A stretch of 64,000 bases of DNA from a bacterium (GCA_024278215.1 JAJRTR010000124.1:1-64000), one strand, 5' to 3'; shown: positions 36,957-47,630, counted from the stretch's first letter. Notes: generated from the sequence alone by a model not told the origin. Translations and numbers: made by a program.

Positions 36957-37877
36957 CTATAATCTGTCTATGTCTTTAAGTTCGAGCGAAAGGAATTTTC
37001 GCGGGTTGAGAAACCGGTTTTTATAGCGCACCTCATAGTGAACATGGGAGCCGGTCGTCGTGCCCGTGGAGCCGACATAAGCTATGATCTGTCCTTTTTT
37101 GACCTTCTCGTCCCTTTTCACAAGAGTCCTTGAACAATGTGCGTAAAGAGTAAGAAACCCGTTGTTGTGATCGATCTTGATCACTCGGCCATAGCCGCGC
37201 ATCCATCCACTGAATGACACCACCCCGTTCGCTGTCGCATAAATAGGCGTCGTATATTTCCCCTTGATATCAATCCCCGTATGGAATTCCCTTAGTCCGC
37301 TGATGGGATGTATCCTGTAGCCGAATCCTGAAGTGATTCGCGGATTCCTCACCGGACTGATCGAAGGAATTGACGCAAACTTATCGACAAGTTTTTCGAC
37401 CTGTTTTTCCGTGACATCGAGAGTTTCGCGCCGCGACTGTATCTCCGCGCCCAGTATCCGCAGGTTCTCCCTGATAGATTCGACTTCCGGCGGCACCATT
37501 TTCCTTGTGGGCATGCCGACTTCCCTGGGCGATACCGATAGATAATCCACATTGCCGGGTTCGCCGGATATGCCTGTCTTTTCCTCGATCCTGTCGTTAG
37601 CCTTCTTGAGTTCATCGAGGTCTTTTCTGATCGACTCGGCTTCTTCGCGAAGAGCTATAACTTCCGCGCCTATTTCTATGTTGATCCTGTCGGTCCGTAC
37701 CTGTTTTTTCAAGTTGTAATATTGAAACGCGAGGAATCCGTTTGCGGCGATAACAGCAACGATAATCAGCGCAATCGCCCCGATAAGGTAAGGTGAAACA
37801 ACAAAATTGTAAAATGTGCGGCCCATGCGTGGCATAACCACAAAGTTGAGTTCCTTCAATTTATTCTTGTCGTCCAT
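36957..37877 (-). CDS. M23-family metallopeptidase with TM anchor and coiled coil
   Basis: ITSGFGYR.HP, HTGID, TLYAH, GSTG.TTGSHVHYEV. Confidence 0.9.
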   Translation of the reverse strand: MDDKNKLKELNFVVMPRMGRTFYNFVVSPYLIGAIALIIVAVIAANGFLAFQYYNLKKQVRTDRINIEIGAEVIALREEAESIRKDLDELKKANDRIEEKTGISGEPGNVDYLSVSPREVGMPTRKMVPPEVESIRENLRILGAEIQSRRETLDVTEKQVEKLVDKFASIPSISPVRNPRITSGFGYRIHPISGLREFHTGIDIKGKYTTPIYATANGVVSFSGWMRGYGRVIKIDHNNGFLTLYAHCSRTLVKRDEKVKKGQIIAYVGSTGTTTGSHVHYEVRYKNRFLNPRKFLSLELKDIDRL

Positions 37878-37912
37878 TATATTCTTGCGTCTTTCAAATT
37901 CAGTCGCACTGC

Positions 37913-38575
37913 CTAAAACCCATCGTCATCGACATTATTTTCGCCGTCATCCTGATCGAAAATACCCTCGTGCACCACACACGGGAGCGCCGGAAGGTCC
38001 ATCAGCCGGCGGGAGAACGCATTCGCCGCGATTTCCGACAGAGTACTCAGGCTTTTTTCAATTCTAAACACCTTCAGGTCCAGTATAGTCACCTTATGCA
38101 GTAGATTCACGAACTCGAAATTCTGGTGTTCGAGATGATGATATAACTCATGCGCGACACAGATATTAGTGAGTTTGGAAAGAAACTGCCTCGCGAGCCC
38201 ATCGTGCGCGACAAGATTTTCGCGGCATTTTCTCAGCGCGTTCTCATAGATAACGATTGTCGCCGGATTTGAAATATAACTCGAAAGCGCGAAAAACGCG
38301 CTGCCTTTGCCCTGTTCGGTAATATCGAAAATCACACGAACGTCGAAGTTCCGCGCAAGCCTGAGCGGGTCCTTCGTCTTATAGCGTTCTACCACTCTCA
38401 CAGCCCGCTCGTCGCCTATATCGAGAGCCTTCTCGATAAGACCGGTTATTGCATCTTCGGAAATCCGGTGAAAAAGAGGGTCGGTAGCGAGGAGACCGAG
38501 AGCCGGCTTAATATCTCTCTGCGGCCATTCACTCGATTCGGGTGAATCTGTTGTGGAAATCAGACTCATATCCAT
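37913..38575 (-). CDS. Hypothetical protein with HExxH zinc-metallopeptidase motif (ImmA/IrrE-like)
   Basis: VAHELYH followed by E.AANAF; start uncertain. Confidence 0.55.
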   Translation of the reverse strand: MDMSLISTTDSPESSEWPQRDIKPALGLLATDPLFHRISEDAITGLIEKALDIGDERAVRVVERYKTKDPLRLARNFDVRVIFDITEQGKGSAFFALSSYISNPATIVIYENALRKCRENLVAHDGLARQFLSKLTNICVAHELYHHLEHQNFEFVNLLHKVTILDLKVFRIEKSLSTLSEIAANAFSRRLMDLPALPCVVHEGIFDQDDGENNVDDDGF

Positions 38576-38672
38576 GCGGAATAAAAGAAATACTCCACGT
38601 CGCTTTCGCAATATAGACGAACACAAGAAACCAGCGCGTTAAAATGATTTTAAAAACGCGAAACCCTGAAAA

Positions 38673-39836
38673 TCAGCGTCCCATTCCCACTTTCTGAGCC
38701 ATCTGGTGGAGTTTGCCCTCGGTCATGAACGAATTCGAGACAATCAACTCGGCCTCATGGAACTCGGCAAGTGTTTTCGAGCCGCACAATCCCATGCAGT
38801 TTTTCACCGACCCCAGCAGGTTCTGAGTGCCGTCTGTCCCCAGTGCCGGTCCGATGAGGATGTTCTCGAGTGTGCCGTGGACGCCGACCTGCACCCTTGT
38901 GCCGCGCGGTAGTGCCGCATGTGATGTCGCCATTCCCCAGTGGTAACCGCCGCCCGGCGCTTCCTCTGCTTTAGCGAACGGAGAGCCGATCATTACGGAA
39001 TCCGCTCCGGCCACAAGTGCCTTGCAGATGTCTCCGCCGGTTCTCATTCCACCGTCTGTGATGATAGCGACTTCACGACCGGTTTTCGCCTTGAAATCAT
39101 CCCTTGCGCGGGCTGTGTCGACCGTCGATGTGATCTGCGGAACACCTATGCCCAGCACGCCGCGTGTCGTACACGCCGCGCCGGGTCCGATACCTACGAG
39201 GATACCGGCTGCTCCGGCTTCCATCAACGCATAAGCGACGTCATAAGTAACACAGTTGCCGACAAGTACCGGTTTGGGAAAATTACCGCAGAATTTCGCG
39301 ATATCGAGAGACGGGGCCTTCGATGATTCATGTCGTACGGAAGTCACCGTTGACTGGATTACAAATATGTCGACACCGGCGTCAAGCGCGATTTCACCGA
39401 ATTTTTCCGCATCCATCGGTACTGACGATACAGCACAGATCACTCCTCCGTCACGAATCTCACGGACCCGCCTGCCGATAAGCTCTTCCTTTATCGGTTC
39501 CTTGTAAATCTCCTTAATATATGCTGTTACTTCAGCCGGAGACTTGCCGGGAATCGCCGAGAGAATCTCTTCGGGATTATCGTACCTTGTCTGGAGTCCA
39601 TTGAGGTTCAGAACGGCCAGGCCGCCCAGTTTACCCATGGCGACAGCAAATTTAACATCCACTACGCCGTCCATGGCGGACGCGAGGAAAGGGGCCGAAA
39701 ACGAATAGTCGCCTATTCGCATCGTTGTGTCGACGTCCTCCGGATCAACAGTGATGATTCCAGGTACTATGGAAACATCGTCAAACCCATAAGCGCGTCT
39801 TACTTTTTTGTCTTTTCCAATATATTCTTCACTCAT
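38673..39836 (-). CDS. guaB3: GuaB3-family IMP dehydrogenase-related protein
   Basis: RRAYGFDDVSIVP, ASAMD, VGIGPGAACTTR catalytic Cys, DGG, WGMAT...LPRGTRV; no CBS domains. Confidence 0.88.
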   Translation of the reverse strand: MSEEYIGKDKKVRRAYGFDDVSIVPGIITVDPEDVDTTMRIGDYSFSAPFLASAMDGVVDVKFAVAMGKLGGLAVLNLNGLQTRYDNPEEILSAIPGKSPAEVTAYIKEIYKEPIKEELIGRRVREIRDGGVICAVSSVPMDAEKFGEIALDAGVDIFVIQSTVTSVRHESSKAPSLDIAKFCGNFPKPVLVGNCVTYDVAYALMEAGAAGILVGIGPGAACTTRGVLGIGVPQITSTVDTARARDDFKAKTGREVAIITDGGMRTGGDICKALVAGADSVMIGSPFAKAEEAPGGGYHWGMATSHAALPRGTRVQVGVHGTLENILIGPALGTDGTQNLLGSVKNCMGLCGSKTLAEFHEAELIVSNSFMTEGKLHQMAQKVGMGR

Positions 39837-39846
39837 AAGATCATCA

Positions 39847-39875
39847 ATAGTAGCAGATTGTTTTATCTTTGTCAA
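39847..39875 (-). promoter_or_regulatory. Sigma70 promoter of guaB3
   Basis: Minus strand TTGACA-17 bp-TACTAT with extended -10 TG. Confidence 0.7.
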
Positions 39876-40016
39876 TAAATTTGTTTGTCGACAGGCAAAA
39901 AAGCCTTTAACCATGCGGATATTTTGATATTAAGTTTTTGGAAATGAGGCAAAATCACGCTACGCCCGAAAAATCCGCCGAAAAGTGGCTTCCTGTCGAT
40001 TAACATGCAAATATCA

Positions 40017-40195
40017 GAGCCAATTGCAAAATTATGTTCGTAGCGAGGTCGAACGAATTTGTTCCGAAACAAGGCGGAGATGCAAAATTCTCGCAGGTGT
40101 ACTCTGGAGAGTATGTTCAGGACGATTTTGTGCCGACGACGCAGCAATGGACGATTGCAGCCGACCGCAGCAGAATCAGAATTTCCAATCGGCTT
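40017..40195 (-). mobile_element. MITE family A, copy 3 (179 bp)
   Basis: GAGCCAATTGCAAAATT...GGCTT ends, target duplication ATCA. Confidence 0.85.
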
Positions 40196-40260
40196 ATCAG
40201 AATAAACAACTTCCCGAAAAATGTTAAAAAACTGTGCTGAAAAAGCCTTTTGAAATGTAG

Positions 40261-40326
40261 TTATTCACAATGTTTTCCACATTTCCACACTGTAGATTCC
40301 CCCAAAAGGTTGCTTTTTGTGGAAAA
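40261..40326. promoter_or_regulatory. Cluster of DnaA-box-like 9-mers
   Basis: TTATTCACA (40261), TTTTCCACA (40273), ATTTCCACA (40281), TGTGGAAAA (40318, reverse). Confidence 0.5.
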
Positions 40327-40412
40327 AATGGTAAAACCACAACTTACTTTGCCTGACTATGACTGCGTTTTGACGCGCTTAACACACTATCGCTACACTC
40401 ATGGTTCACTAA

Positions 40413-41414
40413 CTATAATGAACAGTTCGGCTGCGGGGTCAACTCTAACCCGTTTCTCCCGTTCATGAGCAGTTCGTACCCTGTTTTTGCAATCATGGCG
40501 GCGTTGTCGGTGCACATTTCAAACGGTGGTGTGAAAAAGGTGATTCCGGCCCTGTCGCATTCCTGCTTCATCATCATTCTGAGCGGTCCGTTCGCAGCGA
40601 CACCACCAGCGATCATGACCGTCGAAACGCCGCACTCGTCGGCAGCGGACAATGTTTTTTTGACGAGCACATCGACAACGGCTTCCTGAAATGATGCCGC
40701 AATATCGCTTATTGTAATCTCGCGACCGATTTTCTCTTTGCTGGTGTGCATGAAGTTGACAACCGCAGTTTTCAGTCCGCTGAAGCTCAGGTTCAGGTTC
40801 TTTTTGTGTATCATAGGACGGGGGAAGGAAATTTTTGACGGATCGCCGTTTTCTGCTGCCTGCTGGATCGCGGGGCCGCCTGGATAGCCGAGATCGAGCA
40901 ACCGGGCGACTTTGTCGAATGCTTCGCCGGCTGCATCGTCTACAGTGCCGCCCAGAAGTTTATATTTGCCTGAACGCTCCACGAACACAATATCTGTGTG
41001 ACCGCCCGAGACAAGAAGGCAGACCGCCGGGAGTTCGGGTTCCGGTTTGATGATAAAATTTGCCAGAAGGTGACCTTCCATGTGGTTCACGCCGACAGCG
41101 GGGATATCCAGCGATTCGGAAAGCGCCCTCGCCGCGGATATTCCCACCACAAGACTGATGACCAGTCCCGGACCGGCTGTCACCGCGATTAGTTCTATTT
41201 CACCGAAACGTACTCCGGCGTCTTCGATTGCCTGCTGGATAACTAAATTGATAGCCTCTGTATGTTTTCTAGCGGCCACCTCGGGGACGACACCCCCGAA
41301 TTTCGCATGAACATCTATCTGTGTCGCGACGACATTGGACAACAGTTCGACGCCGTCCTCAAGTACCGCCGCCGCACTTTCGTCGCATGATGTTTCAATC
41401 CCAAGTGTCAGCAT
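40413..41414 (-). CDS. tsaD: tRNA N6-adenosine threonylcarbamoyltransferase
   Basis: GIETSCDE, GGVVPEVAARKH, NHMEGH, SGGHT, DDAAGEAFDK, SFSGLKT, CTDNAAMI. Confidence 0.97.
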   Translation of the reverse strand: MLTLGIETSCDESAAAVLEDGVELLSNVVATQIDVHAKFGGVVPEVAARKHTEAINLVIQQAIEDAGVRFGEIELIAVTAGPGLVISLVVGISAARALSESLDIPAVGVNHMEGHLLANFIIKPEPELPAVCLLVSGGHTDIVFVERSGKYKLLGGTVDDAAGEAFDKVARLLDLGYPGGPAIQQAAENGDPSKISFPRPMIHKKNLNLSFSGLKTAVVNFMHTSKEKIGREITISDIAASFQEAVVDVLVKKTLSAADECGVSTVMIAGGVAANGPLRMMMKQECDRAGITFFTPPFEMCTDNAAMIAKTGYELLMNGRNGLELTPQPNCSL

Positions 41415-41527
41415 ATCAACCAGTGTCGTGTCTACAATGAAAAAACGTAAGAAGGGTCATCGTAAAAGCGATAAACGGCAGTACTGGAGCTGAAGGCATC
41501 CTAACCCGGCACGTTCCGACCAGCCGT

Positions 41528-42046
41528 TTATTCAGTCGGGGGATCATTCTTCTTACCTTTCATCTCTTTGAGCAACTCGTTGTAACCACTCGATTTATTG
41601 TTTAAAAGAATACGCTTGAGTTCGTCCATGAACTGGTCTACGCCTTTGAATTCCCTGTAGACCGAAGCGAATCTTACGTAAGCGACTTCGTCGAGCTTGT
41701 ACAGTTCGCTTATGACGCATTCTCCGATGTCTCTCGACGGCACTTCCTTTTTGTCGCGGTACATGCCGGACTCGACTCTGTCGATAATACTCTCGATGAC
41801 ATCCGTGGAAATAGGTCGTTTTTCGCAGGCTTTCAGTAAACCGTCGCGAATCTTTTTTCTGTCGAATTTCTCACGCCGGTTGTCTTTTTTTATTACAAGA
41901 AGCTGTATTTCTTCGATGGTTTCGTAAGATGTGAAGCGGCGCGAGCAACCAAGGCATTCGCGCCGGCGCCGTATTTCCGCGCCTTCTTTAATCAGTCTCG
42001 AATCGATCACCCTGTCGTCCAGGTTGCCGCAGAATGGACATCGCAT
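41528..42046 (-). CDS. nrdR: Transcriptional repressor NrdR
   Basis: MRCPFC, IRRRREC..C..RF, ATP-cone, VAYVRFASVY. Confidence 0.97.
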   Translation of the reverse strand: MRCPFCGNLDDRVIDSRLIKEGAEIRRRRECLGCSRRFTSYETIEEIQLLVIKKDNRREKFDRKKIRDGLLKACEKRPISTDVIESIIDRVESGMYRDKKEVPSRDIGECVISELYKLDEVAYVRFASVYREFKGVDQFMDELKRILLNNKSSGYNELLKEMKGKKNDPPTE

Positions 42047-42098
42047 CTGTTCACGCTCCATGCACGGCCCCGGCTTTCGCCGAGGTCGTCGCTATTTG

Positions 42099-43361
42099 TC
42101 ACCACTGGTTTATATCCACATAGATCGGGAACTGTTCGCAGAGTTCCTCGACCTCGCCGCGTATCTTCAGCCTGATGTCTTCGTTCCTCGGACTGTTCAG
42201 AACTTGCGAAATCCATTTGCCGATGATTTTCATTTCATCCTCTTTCATGCCGCGGGTGGTCAGTGCCGGTGTGCCGGGCCTGATACCGCTGGTGACAATC
42301 GGGCTTTTCGTGTCATACGGGATCGAATTTTTGTTGACGGTGATACCGGCCTCTTCGAGCAGGTTTGCGGCGTCGCGACCACTGAGGCCCTTGTCCGTCA
42401 GGTCCACGAGCATGAGATGGTTGTCTGTGCCGCCGGTTGTGAGGCGGAATCCTTCCTCAAGCAGCGTCTCAGCCAGTACGGCTGCGTTCCTTACGATTTG
42501 TTTCTGGTATTCCTTGAAACCGAACGATTGCGCTTCTCTGAAGCAAACGGCTTTGGCAGCTATCTGGTGCATCAGCGGACCCGACTGTGTGCCGGGGAAT
42601 ACGGCTTTGTCGATTTTCGACGCGAGCGCCTGCTTGCACATTACGATCGCGCCCCTCGGGCCGCGCAGTGTCTTGTGGGTGGTGGATGTGACGATATCGG
42701 CGATCGGTACGGGGTCGGGGTGTTCGCCGGCGCAGACGAGGCCGATAATGTGGGCGATGTCAGTCATCAGCATCGCGCCGACTTCGTCGGCTATCTCGCG
42801 GAATTTCTCGAAATCGATGGTTCTCGGATATGCACTCGCGCCGCACACGATCAGTTTTGGTTTGATCTTCTTTGCCTGGTCGCGGATTTCGTCATAATCG
42901 AGCCGTTCGTCCTTTCTGCTGACACCATAGTTGTAAAACTCGAAGTATCTGCCTGAGAAGTTGAGCTTTTTACCGTGTGTGAGGTGTCCGCCCATCGCTG
43001 TGTCCATGCCCAGGACCCTGTCACCGATATCGAGCACGGCAAAGTATGCTGCCAGGTTGGCGGACGTGCCCGTGTGCGGCTGCACGTTTATGTGTTCGCA
43101 TTTGAAAAGTTTTTTGCCGCGCTCACGTGCCAGGTTTTCGGCCATGTCGTAGTATCCGCAGCCGTTGTAGTAACGTTCGCTGGGATAACCTTCGGCATAT
43201 TTATTTGTAAGTATGCTGCCCATCGTCTTAAGAACCGCGCGGCTCGCGTAGTTCTCCGAGGGTATCATGACCAGCGTCTTTGTTTGTCTTTCGTATTCGC
43301 CCTCGATGATTTTTGATATCTCCGGGTCGGTCTGTCGCAACGATGTGTCTATAAAACTCAT
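42099..43361 (-). CDS. glyA: Serine hydroxymethyltransferase
   Basis: [36 protein letters not shown]. Confidence 0.98.
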   Translation of the reverse strand: MSFIDTSLRQTDPEISKIIEGEYERQTKTLVMIPSENYASRAVLKTMGSILTNKYAEGYPSERYYNGCGYYDMAENLARERGKKLFKCEHINVQPHTGTSANLAAYFAVLDIGDRVLGMDTAMGGHLTHGKKLNFSGRYFEFYNYGVSRKDERLDYDEIRDQAKKIKPKLIVCGASAYPRTIDFEKFREIADEVGAMLMTDIAHIIGLVCAGEHPDPVPIADIVTSTTHKTLRGPRGAIVMCKQALASKIDKAVFPGTQSGPLMHQIAAKAVCFREAQSFGFKEYQKQIVRNAAVLAETLLEEGFRLTTGGTDNHLMLVDLTDKGLSGRDAANLLEEAGITVNKNSIPYDTKSPIVTSGIRPGTPALTTRGMKEDEMKIIGKWISQVLNSPRNEDIRLKIRGEVEELCEQFPIYVDINQW

Positions 43362-43419
43362 ATCTTTATACCTCTGTTCATAATTATGTTTTTCTTACCC
43401 TGCTGATTGCACGGTAACC

Positions 43420-43449
43420 ATTATATGTTCCGTATGCACGCGCGATCAA
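43420..43449 (-). promoter_or_regulatory. Putative sigma70 promoter of glyA-nrdR
   Basis: Minus strand TTGATC-18 bp-TATAAT. Confidence 0.45.
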
Positions 43450-43496
43450 TACCCGGATGTAATAAGGGGTGATTGTCGGCGCTGTCTGTGGAACGG

Positions 43497-45557
43497 TCAG
43501 AAGAATTTTTTCAGTCGATCCCTGACCTTTTTTTTGAGATCGTCGACGATGTCGCCGCTGTCCCCGGGAGCAATATCATTTTTTTCAAGTATTTTGTTTA
43601 TGAGTTTATCGGTTTTCTTCTCGATAATTGTCCTGGCCTCACGTCGGAGCAGGTCATCGACTTCCCAGCGGACCACAGGCTGGGTCAGTGTTCCATAGAG
43701 ATTGAAGGACGTCTCTACCCTTTGCAGGTCTTTCAGGTTTTCGAGCTGATCGAGTGCCGCTTTGAAGTCGTTGATCTTTCCGAGCATCTCGGGTTTCAGC
43801 GCGACGCCGGCGTGGGCATTCAGCGAACTGTCGAACCCGACGACGCCCCGCATATTCATATCAATAATGTCGCTGATAAGGTCCAACTTTGCGACATTTA
43901 TGTTTTCGTCGGCGATATCGAGTTTTCCAGCGAGTGAGTGGAACTCGAATTTTGAAAGTGTTTCATTCAACTTAAGAAGCGTGGATTTTTCGCCGTAAGG
44001 ATTGCTGACGACTCCGTTTTTCAGAACGAAAGTTGCCGCACCTTTGAACGAGGAAGGATCGCCGGTCGTGCCCTCGAGGGTACCGGTGCCGGTGAATTCG
44101 CCGGAAACAAACGGCCCCAGGTACGGGTTCTGCATGAGAATGGCGCGCACCTGCGGACTGTCCAGAGACGCGGAGACGTAGAAATCCATCGGGCCTCCGG
44201 CAGCATCGCCGGTTTCTTTATCCACCTCATATTTTAGTGTTCCTTTGCCCGAGGCGCTTATAGAAGGTCCCTTGATACTGAAATCCTTGATCTCGAGTTT
44301 CGGGCCGGTGTGAAATATTCTTGCCTTGATCGTGTCATATTTAATGGGTGCCCAGGCCCCTGTTTGTTTGTCCAGTGTAGGAGTTGGGTAGTTTATGTGA
44401 CCGCCCGTGACGGTGATAGAAGACGCGAGCTCGAGTTGTTGCGGATCAAGACCCGGCCCCGACAGGAAAGCTTTTCCCGACAACAGACCGGTAGCAACCT
44501 CGGGCATGTCGGGAAAGAGTTTGCTGATAGTGTCTTTTACTTCTATACCCTTGAAATTCGTCTCGAGCCGGAAACTCTTCTGCTCTCCGGTGGACAGTCC
44601 TCCGTTGAAAGTAAATTCTGTTTTTTCCCCGCCCACCACACCGTCGAATTTTATGTCGCTGGTCCTGACAGTCACATCGATTCCGCCGCCGCCGATAATC
44701 TGATCGAAAGCAGACACGTCGCCCATACTGATCTTTGCACCTATAACCGCGTCATCCGCGCCGCCCTTGAGGGTTCCTTCCGCGCGCAGTTGCGCGTGAA
44801 TCCCGAACTCATCAAGTGTCTTCTTCAATTCGTCCAGCGCACCCGGCGCATCCACCGTGGCTATCTCGTTTGTCTTCCATGCGATATCGAATGTATCGTC
44901 CTGCCCGATATTGACTTTGCCCGAAGCGTTAAGTTCGATATTTTCAAACTTTATTTCCGCATCCATATTGAAAGATTTCATGCTGCCCTCTTCGACCGGT
45001 ACTGCCGAAGCACTGACAATGTCAAAGACAAAATCCTGTGTTTTCTTTTCATCGGAATGTATTCGCAACACGAGGCGTCCGTCCCTGACCGTGATCCGGT
45101 TCACTATCACCCGCGCTTCGCCTTCAGTCCGGGGCGTTTCCACTTTTTCGCCGGCGCTGCCGCCGGAAACCTTTTCGACAACATCACTGAGGCTGTGGCC
45201 TTCTTCTCCATTTTTTTCGATAAAGATAACAGGCTTATCAAACAACATGTAATTGAAAACAAGTTTTCTGTGCAGGAGGTCCTTAAACGAAAGGCGGAAC
45301 CCGAGACGGTCGAGTGTTATGGAATCGGGAGCACTCGCGACAGAACCGCTTATCACGACATCGTCGACGTGAAAGCCGGTGAAAGGATTGCCGCCGAATT
45401 CGCCTGCTGTTATGCTGCGGCCAATGCGTTTTTCCGCCTTCCGCAGCACCGCTTCTTTTATCTGCTCGGCACGGTTTTTTGTCAGGTAAGTTGCTGCGGC
45501 GGCGGCCAAAAGCAACAGCACGACAATTATCAGACTTATCCTGAACAAAACTTTCAT
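43497..45557 (-). CDS. AsmA-family protein
   Basis: N-terminal anchor, beta-rich body, AsmA-like C-terminus (L.GTL..P). Confidence 0.7.
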   Translation of the reverse strand: MKVLFRISLIIVVLLLLAAAAATYLTKNRAEQIKEAVLRKAEKRIGRSITAGEFGGNPFTGFHVDDVVISGSVASAPDSITLDRLGFRLSFKDLLHRKLVFNYMLFDKPVIFIEKNGEEGHSLSDVVEKVSGGSAGEKVETPRTEGEARVIVNRITVRDGRLVLRIHSDEKKTQDFVFDIVSASAVPVEEGSMKSFNMDAEIKFENIELNASGKVNIGQDDTFDIAWKTNEIATVDAPGALDELKKTLDEFGIHAQLRAEGTLKGGADDAVIGAKISMGDVSAFDQIIGGGGIDVTVRTSDIKFDGVVGGEKTEFTFNGGLSTGEQKSFRLETNFKGIEVKDTISKLFPDMPEVATGLLSGKAFLSGPGLDPQQLELASSITVTGGHINYPTPTLDKQTGAWAPIKYDTIKARIFHTGPKLEIKDFSIKGPSISASGKGTLKYEVDKETGDAAGGPMDFYVSASLDSPQVRAILMQNPYLGPFVSGEFTGTGTLEGTTGDPSSFKGAATFVLKNGVVSNPYGEKSTLLKLNETLSKFEFHSLAGKLDIADENINVAKLDLISDIIDMNMRGVVGFDSSLNAHAGVALKPEMLGKINDFKAALDQLENLKDLQRVETSFNLYGTLTQPVVRWEVDDLLRREARTIIEKKTDKLINKILEKNDIAPGDSGDIVDDLKKKVRDRLKKFF

Positions 45558-45620
45558 GGTGTCTCCTTAACTGAATTGTTGTAAAAGGCAATTGTGTTTC
45601 CGGGGAACCACGACCCGGAA

Positions 45621-45656
45621 TTAAAGGGCAAACTCCAATCATGTCCCCGGATTTCC
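45621..45656 (+). repeat. Short dispersed repeat (family D)
   Basis: TTAAAGGGCAAACTCCAATCATGTCCCCGGATTTCC; reverse-complement relative at 51969-52002. Confidence 0.55.
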
Positions 45657-45743
45657 AGGATTCACCTCAGATGGCTGCTATGTTATAACAAAAAGGTCTA
45701 CTATCGGGTGTGCCGTTTATACAGATGTGCGTTTCGGCAATTA

Positions 45744-46751
45744 TTATTTTTCCTGTATCGTTTCCTGTATCTTCATACCGAAATGGCGTGCCTCGCCGCT
45801 GACATGCGCCATAATCCTGTCACCCGCTTTCAGATCGACAATTGAAATCGGCGCGCCGTCGGGTTTTACAAGCCTGATAGTTTCTGCATTCTGCAAAACG
45901 ATGGATATTTTCTTTTCGTCGCCGACGTCCGTTTTTGCCGCGGCTTCGACAAGCATCAGTGGTCTTCTCTCGACTTTCGCGCGCCCCACAATCGCCGGTA
46001 CGCTGGAGCCGTCACAGTTGACAATAAGCACTTCCACGCCGGCTTCTATCTCACTGAGGTATTTCGTCTTACCGCCCGGCACACGCACATACGCATGAAC
46101 CGCACCGGCGTTGACCCTGAACGGCCTGGCGGCAACATAAGGGTTGTCCACACTTTCCGAATGCACGAGAAACATCGCACCGCCCGCGTTGCCCACAAGC
46201 AAACCCTGCCCCGGCGACATATTCGAGCATGTGTCCACACACACCCGGTCGCCCATGCCCAGCGGTTTGATGCCTGTAACCTCGACCTCCACCAGGTCGA
46301 CCTTTTCGCTGTCTGCCATGAGGGCGGCGGCGGTTTTTTTTATTTCACTGAAGTCTTCTGTTTTCAACAATATGCCGGTAACGCCTTTTTCGAGCACCTG
46401 CGCGGCGGTTTGCGCTTCCGCGGAATTTGTGACTTTCGCTATAATGCCGTCGCTCTGCGCCACAAGGCTCTCCAGCGGGATCACTGTCCAATCCGAAGTT
46501 TCGACGATTACAAGTTTCGACAGGCTTGACTTTGCCGCCGCGTCTTCATCTTCTTTCGATTCTATTTTTATCTCGACGACATCGGCACCCAGTTTCAAAT
46601 CGCCGTCTTCCGCGACAGTTGTGATGAGCCCGAGCTGCTTCACCTTTTCAGTGCAATCCGGCGGTACAACCACAGCGTTCGCGCCGCTTTCGAGCGCGGT
46701 GGTGACGATCTTTTTGTTCCACGGCCTTGCGTCGACCCAGAATTTCTTCAT
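45744..46751 (-). CDS. 3-dehydroquinate synthase II (archaeal-type AroB')
   Basis: DW.VIPLE.L.A, LEKGV.G, GDRVCVDTC, RPFRVNAGAVH.Y, LQNAETI, RHFG..I.E.I.EK. Confidence 0.92.
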   Translation of the reverse strand: MKKFWVDARPWNKKIVTTALESGANAVVVPPDCTEKVKQLGLITTVAEDGDLKLGADVVEIKIESKEDEDAAAKSSLSKLVIVETSDWTVIPLESLVAQSDGIIAKVTNSAEAQTAAQVLEKGVTGILLKTEDFSEIKKTAAALMADSEKVDLVEVEVTGIKPLGMGDRVCVDTCSNMSPGQGLLVGNAGGAMFLVHSESVDNPYVAARPFRVNAGAVHAYVRVPGGKTKYLSEIEAGVEVLIVNCDGSSVPAIVGRAKVERRPLMLVEAAAKTDVGDEKKISIVLQNAETIRLVKPDGAPISIVDLKAGDRIMAHVSGEARHFGMKIQETIQEK

Positions 46752-46774
46752 TGCAAACTCCAATCAGGTGTTAT

Positions 46775-46824
46775 CCCGCATATTTCACCAATGCGGGCCA
46801 AAATTCGAGAAAATGCCTGTAATA
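46775..46824 (+). mobile_element. MITE family B, left-hand fragment
   Basis: CCCGCATATTTCACCAATGCGGGCCAAAATTCGAGAAAATGCCTGTAATA matches 11567-11616. Confidence 0.75.
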
Positions 46825-46835
46825 CAGCGGCAGAA

Positions 46836-47630
46836 TTATTTCTTAAGGATTTCGAGCGCTTCTTCGACTTCCACGCCTTCATGCACAATAGCACTGATAG
46901 CGGCAACCATTTTTCGAGGCTTTTCCGCCTGAAAAACATTCCTGCCGATAGACACGCCCCTTCCGCCCGCCTGCCTCATTCCCTTGACCATATCGAGCAC
47001 TTCCTCGACAGTCTCCATCTTTTCGCCACCTGCGATTACGACAGGAATCGAGCAGCCGTCTACAACTTCTTTGAATGATTCGGGGCTGCCCGTATAGTTG
47101 ACTTTCACTATATCGCAACCAAGTTCGGCGGCAACGCGTGCGGCGTGTTTGACCACTTTCACGTCATATTCGTTTTTTATCTTTTTGCCGCGGCAGTACA
47201 TCATCGCCAGCAGCGGCATGCCCCATTCCATGCAGGCGCATGAGACCTGGCCGAGGTCCCGCAGCATCTGCCACTCTGTGTCTGCCCCGAGATTGACGTG
47301 GATGGAAACAGCGTCCGCTCCCATTTTAATGCAGCGTTCGACGTTGTTCACAAGCACCTTCTGGTTGGGGTCCGCGTTCATGGAAGTGCTGGCGGAAAGG
47401 TGCAGTATGAGGCCGACATCCTTGCCGTAGCCGCGATGGCCGTGCAGGGGAAGCCCGACATGGCCTATGACAGCGTTCGCGCCGCCCTCGGCGACTTCGT
47501 CCACCGCTTCGCCAAGGTCGATCAGACCCGGTATCGGGCCTACCGAAACACCGTGATCCATCGGCACAATTACACTGCACTCGGTTCTGCGGCTGATTAT
47601 TCTCTCGAGCCGTATGTTTTTACCGATCAT
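46836..47630 (-). CDS. 2-amino-3,7-dideoxy-D-threo-hept-6-ulosonate synthase (AroA', DhnA-type class I aldolase family)
   Basis: [48 protein letters not shown]; directly upstream of DHQ synthase II. Confidence 0.88.
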   Translation of the reverse strand: MIGKNIRLERIISRRTECSVIVPMDHGVSVGPIPGLIDLGEAVDEVAEGGANAVIGHVGLPLHGHRGYGKDVGLILHLSASTSMNADPNQKVLVNNVERCIKMGADAVSIHVNLGADTEWQMLRDLGQVSCACMEWGMPLLAMMYCRGKKIKNEYDVKVVKHAARVAAELGCDIVKVNYTGSPESFKEVVDGCSIPVVIAGGEKMETVEEVLDMVKGMRQAGGRGVSIGRNVFQAEKPRKMVAAISAIVHEGVEVEEALEILKK

